From: Adineta vaga
Taxonomy: Eukaryota > Animalia > Rotifera
DNA length: 64,000 nucleotides
Direction of reading: 5' to 3'
NCBI GenBank assembly: GCA_021613535.1
Contig: CP075493.1
Location: 3,596,001 to 3,660,000, forward strand
Shown: positions 55,401-64,000 of the stretch, piece after piece
Position numbering within the stretch: the first letter of the stretch is position 1
Layout of the letters: the number at the start of each line of letters is the position of its first letter
The notes under the pieces: generated by a model
What the model was told of the DNA's origin: nothing
Database searches by the model: none
What the model saw: only the letters and a program-made list of their open reading frames with translations
Position numbers and translations under genes: made by a program

Positions 55401-58400
55401 CTTATTTGAGATAATAAATGATCTTATTTTCTAATCTAATACGAATAGAAGTGAAAAAGAATGTGGAAGAAAAAGGTAGAATTTATTTATAGATTTGAAT
55501 TATTTCTAATTTCGAATATTTAGCTGGTGAATTGAAAGATCAAGCTGCGGAAAAAGTCGATGAAGCAAAAGATAAAGCAAGTGAATTGACGGCTGATGTC
55601 AAAGCTAAAGGCGAAGGTAATTTAAACGACATAAAGTTTTCGAAATGTTCTGAAATTATTGTTTCTATGTAGAAGTAAAGAATGACGCTGAACAAAAAGG
55701 TTTGATCATTAATTTAGAAAATCATTTGCATCGATTTCAATCTTTTAGTTGATGAATTAAAAGACAAAGCTTCGGAGAAGATTGATGATGCAAAAACTAA
55801 AGCTGAAGGTATTTCATTTTGTTTTTATCTCGTAAACTGAACTTAATAATTATTTCTCTCTGAATAGAAGTCAAACAAGATGTTCAAGAAAAAGGTATAA
55901 TGCTGCAGTTTTGTTTTGAAAATAGAATTATGTTGTTCATTTAGCTGGAGAAGTGAAAGACAAAGCTGTTGAACTAGCAGCTGATGCAAAAGCTGCAGGT
56001 CAAGGTAAAAATCATCAATAATTTTCAAAGGAAACCAGTTTAAAATTTCTATTATTAGAAGTGAAACAAGAAGTTGAACAAAAAGGTTTGTTCTTTTTTC
56101 TAAATTGATTTTCGAATGAAAACTTTCATTCTTTTAGCTGGTGAATTAAAAGATAAAGTTTCCGAAAAAGTTGATGAAGTGAAAGACAAAGCTGGTGAAG
56201 TTGCTGCTGATGTCAAAGCAGTAGGTCAAGGTAAAAGACGTTTTGTTTTGTAAAGGAAAACATTAACTATTTGCAAATTTATTTATTAGAAGTTAAACAA
56301 GAAGCTGAACAGAAAGGTTTTCTATTTCGTATTAGAATCTTTGTTCAATTAGAAATTTATTATTCTAGCTGATGAATTAAAAGATAAAGCTTCAGAGAAA
56401 GTTGAAGAAGCAAAAGACAAAGCAGGTGAATTAGCTACTGATGCTAAGGCGAAAGGGGAAGGTAAATAACATCTATATCTGTCGAGAAGAGATCATGATC
56501 TTGATATTTTTAGAAGTAAAAGAAAATGCTGAACAGAAAGGTTTGATTATTAACGAATGTAAGACATATTTTGAATAATTTTAAATATTCTAGTTGATGA
56601 AGTAAAAGACAAAGCTAATGAAGTCGCTGCCGATGTAAAACAAGCAGGCAAAGGTAACGAACATAATTCTTGATGAAAATGAATATTTGAATAGTATTTC
56701 TCTAATAGAAGTCAAAGCTGATCTTCAACAAAAAAGTAAATAAATTGAAATTATATTTTATATTTCATTCAACTATTCTCGTTTCGTTTTTAGCCGAAGA
56801 ACTTCCACCGAATAGTGACGCATGCAATTCACCAACGGACACGTTTGCGTTGTGACAGAACCAACCGATCAAACTGTACCTGCTAACACGACCGAAAGGA
56901 AATAAATATCAACAGATACAAAAATATATCCTCATCTGTTTTGACAGCCTTTCTTTCGTTTATCAACGTTGTGTATACATTATCCTTTCTTGCTGTGTGT
57001 GTGGGCATTTATTTATTTAACCTATAGTGTTGCTTTCAACTAATATTGAGACACTAGCGCATACACTTTACGAAATAAATTCTAATACTAACAATACTCA
57101 TCAAATTGAAACTATCATTTTACGTTTCCTGAAAATCTTATTAAAACATACAAATCTATTTTACCTGTTCCACTAGGATATTCATCGAAATACGATTGAT
57201 GTGGAGCCATTATAGATATATTATCATCTTCAGTTCGATTACAGGATGCACCTGAGAGAGAATAAATATTTTCATCAGTAAGAAATTCTTTCATTCAATC
57301 AATTCTTCTTACTTCCTCGACATTGTTGTGAATTTGGAAAATATTTTGATCGACATTCATTCGATTTTGTAACAAGATCTTCCTTTTAAAAACAAATAAA
57401 TCATCGCTACAGATAGATCAGTATCAAAATGAAAACAAAACTATATACATCACGTAAAGTCAGTGTAATTTTTAAATTCTGACAAAAACTTTGTGCAAAT
57501 TCCGGATACATATCAATCACTTCCAGTAAATCTTCTCGTAAGATTTTATGCAAATCACAATAAGTTAATGCACGAACATTAAACGCAGATTTGCCTGGTT
57601 CACTGTATAGCAGTGGATTCTCTCCAAGAATATCGTCTTTACCTAATGGAACAGAAAGAGAAATCATCGAAAGGCGTTCTTTTTTTATAGGTACATACTA
57701 AGAATAGCGACAACATTATCATCTTTCAAGATTTCTATAGATCCACGTGAAATAAAATAAATTGATGTTAAGATATCTCCTCGATGTGTTATGATATCAC
57801 CGGGTGGTGCATGTGTTGTCTTAAGTTTCATTGAAAATGTACGCAAACAACCGTCACTTGCATCTATGAAAAAAAAGCATTTAAAAGAAAAGAAAATTTT
57901 CTCTCAAACCTTTAAATGCTGCACAATTTTGCAACAATTGACTGTTTAAATGTAAGCAAATGTCTGCTTGTAAACATTCGGGAAAACCTTTCAAGACCAT
58001 ATTCATATCAATACCACTAGAATTTCAAAATAAAATGAAATTCGAAAGTAAATATATTGTATTTACTTTGTATAATTCCATGCGTGATTGAAATAATCTT
58101 CTAAACGTTGTCGAAGTGGATTTGGTATTTGATGAAAACGAATAAATTCTTTCACTCTATATGGAAACGATAAATTCATTTATAGACATCAATCTTTTCT
58201 TTGTTTATACCGTAACATTTGGATTTGATAACGTGCAGTACCCGAATATAATCTTTGAATAATAGCACTAACATTACCAAAAATACTGGCATACATCAAA
58301 GCTAAAAGAGAAGATAAATAGAAATTACGTGACGATTAATAGAACATAATTTGCAGGATATATCATATGGACATAAAAGCAAAATCAATCACATGCAGTT

Positions 58401-61278
58401 ATAATTTAAAAGCAATATTATACACTCTGTCTTTCTCACATCCGATTAACATAACAAAAATGGAAAAGACCTTTTCCATATTTGTATTCGGACTAACCTA
58501 AAAGAAAAGTAAATCGAATGAGAATTGTTTCGTTTGTTTTCTAATCTCTTACATTGCCAAAACCAACTGATGTAAGTGATGAAAATGTAAAATAAAGAGC
58601 AGTTATATATCTGGAACGAAGATTAGGTCCACCAATACATGAATTCGGATCAATTCGTGTTGATATTGTATCATTCGCAGATGAAAGTAATGAACAGTTA
58701 TATAATTGACCGGATGTGCGTGCTAATTCATCAAGCCATGTAATACGTAATCCTACAAAGAAGAAACGAAGCGAACACAAAACGACAACACAACATTGAC
58801 GACAACAGTGAGAGACGAAGACAATGAATCGAACGGAAACAAAACAAAAACAATTGAGAACTCACATCCTACGAGCATAATTATAATTGAAAAGCCCTTT
58901 TCACTATTAGTATTTGGACTAGAGAGAAGAGAGAAAGATTGCTAAGAAAGGAAAATTTTCGTTCGAAAATAATCGAGCTAACCTCACGTTACCAAAACCG
59001 ACTGATGTTAGAGAAGAAAAAGTAAAATAAAGAGCAGTAATATATTTGGATGTTTTCGTTGGACCAGATGTTGCATCTGAATCATCATAATACTGATGTG
59101 TATGATTAGCTAATTCAGCTAACCATCCAATAACTCTTTCAGTACCTAATGAAATTAAAAGGGAATATCTTCGCTCGAAAATATAATCAAATGAAATCTT
59201 TTCTTTTATCGTCTTATAATTGATTAGGATAAATTGATTCTATTTACCATTATTATTTCGTTCAAGACGACCAATTGCATACCATATACAAGCAAGCCAA
59301 TGTGCAATAAGTGCAAATGTAGCAGTTAATAAAATTAACACTCCAATACCATATTCGGAATAACGATCTAATTTTCTTGCAATACGTACTAATCGTAATA
59401 AACGTGCTGTTTTCAATAAACCCATTAAGACTGTTGATTCTCCGCCACCTTGTGTTTGTACAAATGAAAATAAAATATCGAAAGGTATAGCTGCTGTTAC
59501 ATCAATCAGAAACCATCCTTTAAGATAGTGTTTAGCAATTTTACTTGCACGTGTTACTAATTCTTCATTACGTTCAACATATGTCGTACGTAAATTAACT
59601 AATAAATCAATAATAAACATAACATCAACAATAAGTTCGATAACATTCAAGGCACGTGATGGTCGTGAACGTTGTTTATTCGGTCCATCTTCATGCATCA
59701 GAAAAGCTGCAATATATGGTGTAACAATAGCTGTATAGATTACAAGTAATAATATAAACCAATCCCATGCTGCTTTAATTGGCGAATAATGAAATATAAT
59801 TGTACGTGGAATACGACGACTATCCGGTAGACGAAAATCAGGTGCAACATCTTCACCTAAGGATAAAATCTGGGCAATATGATGCGGAATATTTGGTAGA
59901 AATGATCGATTTGTTTTGTTCGATTCTTTGGTTTCTTTTTTAATAACAGTTTCTAAATACAAACAAAGTCAATTTATGAGAATAAAAATTCCATTTAAAA
60001 ACAATGTCTTTTACCAGCGATATTACTTATACTTTGCGATTTATTTCTCATTAAATCAGCATCAGTATTATTATTATTCCATGGATTACCCTCTGGTTTT
60101 AATAAATTATTCGAACTTATTGAAGATTGTTGACTAATTTTATAATCCAATGGAAAAGTTTTTGCTGGCGGAGAATTTATTTCATCCAAATGAATCATTG
60201 TTGTCGTTTTATGATTTAAAGCTATTCAAAAATACACAACAAATGAAAATTTAATGGAAAAAAATGAATATATTTAGATTATCTGAATGATATTTAATTA
60301 AAACAGATGTAGAACATATATATTTAATTATTATCGAATATTCAACAATGATGAAATGAATCTTATCTATAAATTACTCGATAATTTAATTAACGCTCAA
60401 ATGTTCTCTCTTAAAAGAATGAGATGGATAACATCATTCATTACCTATATAACCTGGTGTCTCAATGGAAACAATTGGCGTTTCAGATTGATTTCCATCT
60501 TCAAATGAAAAATTCTTGTTCTGTGATGGTCGACGTTTTCCTAATGGATTTAACATATCTAACCATGAACGTTTACGAATTCCATCTAGAACAATCGATT
60601 AGAATGGCTCAATCAATAGAGAATATTTTCTCTACGTACTTGTTGGACTAATTGAGTACTCGTGAATTTTTGCTAGAAGGTTATATCATATGGAATATAT
60701 TGACCTTTAGTGTGAGAAAAAAAAGAAGTCTAAATTGATACATACGTATTCGTCGTGGACGATTCTGATCGATATTTTCAGTAAATTCTAAGATGAATAG
60801 AATAATATCGCATAATTCATTTTTCACCGGTGCAATTAAAACTGAACAACGAAATCTTGTACCTAAATACAAATAATCTAATGAAAACTCAAAGTATTAT
60901 ACGAAAGAAATTTACCAATATTTCGATATAAAACTATTTCCACTTCTTTTTCATCACTTCCATGTAATGCATGACGAATTTGTTTAATCGATTTTTCGCT
61001 TGTTTCAATTCCGTATAAAAATTCACATGTACAGGGCTTTTGAATAATATCTGAACGTGAATAACCAGTTAGTTCGCAAAAAGCATCATTACAATAAATT
61101 ATCGGTTTATTAGCCAATTGAGCATTGGATATAAGAAACCGTCGATCTAATTAAGACGAAAATATGTTTATGTCCTATTAATAATGAAAATATTCATACT
61201 TTGTGAGTCAAATTTACGTATAATTGTATCAATAAATGTATTTTGAGGAGCCGACACATGACCCCGTTTCATCGGCAT
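52459..61278 (-). CDS. KCNH2: ERG-type voltage-gated K+ channel (KCNH2/6/7 family), multi-exon, with duplicated pore exon and nested gene
   Basis: PAS-cap [26 protein letters not shown] domain, S4 [24 protein letters not shown], pore [23 protein letters not shown]6 [25 protein letters not shown], c[16 protein letters not shown], and C-terminal coil [23 protein letters not shown]; stop at 52459. Confidence 0.95.
53706..53716 (+). promoter_or_regulatory. Candidate TATA box of the nested LEA-like gene
   Basis: ctatatataag about 220 nt upstream of ATG 53931, with a splice acceptor (gtatag) 9 nt before the ATG. Confidence 0.35.
53931..56855 (+). CDS. Group 3 LEA-like hydrophilic repeat protein (~505 aa, 23 exons), nested antisense in an ERG intron
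   Basis: Exons: 53931-54003, 54068-54088, 54144-54272, 54532-54803, 54856-54942, 54998-55062, 55115-55149, 55209-55241, then 14 alternating modules from 55299 to 56735, and last exon 56794-56855. All introns are GT-AG and the total is 1518 nt in frame. A/K/E/D-rich 11-mers such as [11 protein letters not shown] and [11 protein letters not shown]. Confidence 0.85.
58553..58752 (-). other. ERG pore exon B (alternative)
   Basis: 200 nt, phase 1 to 0, flanked by tttgtag and gtaaga; encodes [67 protein letters not shown]. Confidence 0.88.
58988..59145 (-). other. ERG pore exon A (alternative)
   Basis: 158 nt, phase 1 to 0, flanked by ttcattag and gtgagg; encodes [53 protein letters not shown]. 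Confidence 0.88.
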
Positions 61279-63008
61279 TTTCTTTTTTTAACGGAAGCTC
61301 ATAAAAATATTGTCATCATCTTCAAGAAAAGAACGGAAAAACAAAATATACTCATGTCATTCATAGTCCAAGACACAATACAGAAACAGACAGCAGAGAA
61401 AATGCGAGTATTCATGTATATATTTATATTTATATATAGATGTATGCAGGCGTTAGAGGAAGATAGCTAAAGACAAGCGGAAGAGTTTGACGTCAGTGAA
61501 AAGATACAGAACATTGCGTCATGAAGAGAACCTTAAAGTAACAAGAGAATCAAGGCTGCATGTTGAGTATATAGATACATATATGTACAACGTGACGAGC
61601 TTTCCTCTAGAGAGAGAAAAATAAAGTAAAAACAAGGAAAGCAAGAAAAAAGATTTACACACCCTGAGTGTCTATTTTAATCAATTGTTGATGCAACTTA
61701 TATGATATGTCTCGACTTGGTTTATTATTATCATTTAGTTGTATTCATTTTCATTATTAAGAATAATTTCATAAAATCAAGAAAAAAAAACTATGAAAGA
61801 AATATTCAATGTAGATTGTAAGAGACAAGAAACTAAATGAAGCTAGTTATTTTCACGCAAATAAATCTCGCGATTTTCTGGAATTATTAATAGGAAAAAG
61901 AGGAAGAGAGAGAGAGAGAAAACAGCAAATGGGTGAATGTTGTTGACTAACTTTCTCTAATGATTTGCTTTTCTAATAGAAATAATAATAATAATGACGA
62001 GAAAAATCGAGGAAAAAGTCGTTTGTAAGGTATAAATATAAATAAATGAGCCATTTTCACTATTCTTTTCTAACACACACACACACACACATTCATCAGT
62101 GTAATAGCCTACGGAAATCTGAGAAAAGTTGCTCACGGTTCATGACATTTTCTCACTATGACTATTGCTGTATTATCTCGAGTAATATAATTGATGAAGA
62201 ATGTTTCTTGTCATCATCGTCATCTATTAATTTCACAAATTCAAACATAGGATCGGAAAATTGAGTAAAAAAAGAAGGAGATAAATCATTATTTTGTCTT
62301 TAGAAAACTCTCTCTCTTCTATACAATGTGTTCTTACTAAATATTCGCTTCACTTAATCACATAATCATGTATATAAATATATGCTTTATTTCACTGATG
62401 TTGTGACAATAGATCGTGTATCTCTATCTATATACGTAGAGAAATATCTCTCTTTTCTTTGTCATAATGACATTTTACATATGTAACGATCTTAGATGTC
62501 GAATCATAATTATTTCAATGGCATATGATATTCAAAGGTGTACTGACGTCAAGATGTCGACTGATCAATTAGTTTCTGTCACATAGAATATGATCGAGAT
62601 GAAATTATATGATTTTTAAAAATGATTGGCGGACGCTTTGGGATAATTGATCAGGTATCCGATAGACAGTTAAATAGGTCGTTATTCTGTACTATAACTA
62701 TGAAAAATTCAAATACAATAGACGACGATAGTAAGAAGATAAGAGATTATTGGCCTTGTCACCACAACAGCAACAGAATTGGTAAAGACATATCGGCTCC
62801 CATAGAGTACATTCTTTTATAAATGCAAACAGCCGGTCGACGATCGAAAGGGAAAGACGATCTAAGTCTTTCTTCTATTTTTTTTATCTCTTATTGTCTT
62901 CTTATTTGCTTGTATACAAAGGGCGAAAATGGGCTAAAGATGAGCTAACACTACACAGCAAATAAAAAGAACAAGAAAAGAAACAATTTCTTTACGGATA
63001 AGAAAAAA

Positions 63009-63030
63009 AGAGAGAGAGAGAGAGAGAGAG
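63009..63030. repeat. (AG)n microsatellite
   Basis: Direct run of about 11 AG units. Confidence 0.8.
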
Positions 63031-63816
63031 GCATATGCAACAGATGGAATCGACCTTCGGGAATCAGATATTCATATAGAACAATAAACATTTGATTAAA
63101 AAAATCGCTTTCATCTATCTATCTATATAATATTATGTTATTATCAAAAACATTTTCTTGTTCTGATAATCAGTAGAAACGATTATTTGTATGTCAAATT
63201 AATAAATAATTTAGTTAGTTAATAAACATCTATAGCGACATATTAATCAACGGAGAGATATTCTTACGAAATCATTAGAAAATTAGTATCCTATTATATA
63301 AAATATTAAGGAAAATAATGCAACATACATTCTCATATATTCTTATAAATTAAATCACGTAAAAAACACATAAACACGAAGAAACTAACATCTAGACGTT
63401 TTTTTATTGTTCACTATATAAAACTATGTATGAAAGGTCAAATGAGAAACGTTTCAGTCAGATTATTTTCTTGTGTCGAAAAAGCTCTAAAAAATGATTA
63501 TTTGATTTGGTAAATTGTGTGTAATATTATTTTGTTTATAGTTGCATAAGAACAGTTGTAAATGAGCTAGAGATGTTAATTATATATTTTTGTATTGATT
63601 TGTACACTACTCGAGGGTATAATTCATTTCTGTCATCACTGAACGGTTGATTTCAACAAATGAATAAATCATTCATACAGAATATTCGAACGTTATCAAC
63701 AATTTCTTCCTGTTTTCAATCGTTATATACATTAGAGTAGAGTATTAATTATGTGACAAAATGTTTAGCTTCAATGAAAAGTTTTTTTTTGTAAAGAATG
63801 GAAACATTATGTTAGT

Positions 63817-64000
63817 TTATTCTTCAGATGATACTGAAAATGGTCGTGCTCGTGTCCAAGCATTTAAACCCATTTTATAACCATTTTCACCTGGTGGACG
63901 TCCAGCATGATATGTCAAATAGTCAAGACGTCCTTCCTTATCAACATTCGACCAGAAGATACTGTTTCCAGGTATTGGACGAAATCGAATACCAGAACCA
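63817..64000 (-). CDS. 3' end of a prolyl-4-hydroxylase-like 2OG-Fe(II) oxygenase (partial; not in ORF track)
   Basis: The minus frame from 63999 reads GSGIRFRPIPGNSIFWSNVDKEGRLDYLTYHAGRPPGENGYKMGLNAWTRARPFSVSSEE*, matching the P4H pattern PxxGxAxFW...HAGxP...K...xW. Confidence 0.75.
   Translation of the reverse strand, partial: GSGIRFRPIPGNSIFWSNVDKEGRLDYLTYHAGRPPGENGYKMGLNAWTRARPFSVSSEE

Noticed and set aside
55299-56735. Regularly spaced ~27-nt repeats with unique spacers, superficially CRISPR-like
   Set aside because: The repeats vary at synonymous positions, are bounded by AG/GT and join into one ORF. They are micro-exons, and there are no cas genes in this eukaryotic context.
26564-56855. 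OXR1, SOD1, LEA-like and mitochondrial hydrophilin as a stress-gene cluster
   Set aside because: They are spread over 30 kb among unrelated housekeeping genes on both strands; co-location is compatible with chance.
58553-59145. Duplicated pore exon as a simple assembly duplication
   Set aside because: The copies differ in length and at many synonymous sites, and their flanking introns are unrelated.
62622-62822. 66-aa plus ORF upstream of the ERG gene
   Set aside because: No recognisable motif or splice context; it cannot be supported.

Overview
This is eukaryotic, AT-rich, gene-dense DNA with many ~50-60 nt GT-AG introns and at least two intronless bacterial-type enzyme genes embedded among metazoan genes. 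That combination suggests a bdelloid rotifer (inference). About 27 protein-coding genes can be supported: CSPP1-like (partial), HNF4, a small membrane protein, maltose O-acetyltransferase, a minimal PI3/PI4-kinase, KIF19, PTPN12-like, RSPRY1, MFSD12, OXR1/NCOA7, a small mitochondrial hydrophilic protein, NDUFB1, ZFPL1, MRPL18, MRPS11, EMC4, homocysteine S-methyltransferase, a Cys-rich membrane protein, WOC/ZMYM-like, SSU72, Cu/Zn SOD, UTP4, an ERG/KCNH2 channel, a LEA-like gene, a partial 2OG-Fe(II) oxygenase and two hypothetical ORFs. Highlights: (1) the ERG channel has two tandem, frame-incompatible copies of its turret/pore-helix/selectivity-filter exon, which implies mutually exclusive splicing of the pore; (2) a 23-exon group-3-LEA-like gene, almost invisible in the ORF track, is nested antisense in an ERG intron and is built from strictly alternating symmetric 27-nt and 60/93-nt exon modules; (3) two tight same-strand clusters (gaps as small as 39 nt, splice acceptors right before the ATGs) look like trans-spliced operons; (4) OXR1 has an internal first exon giving a TLDc-only isoform. 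Exon boundaries were read by hand and no database searches were run.
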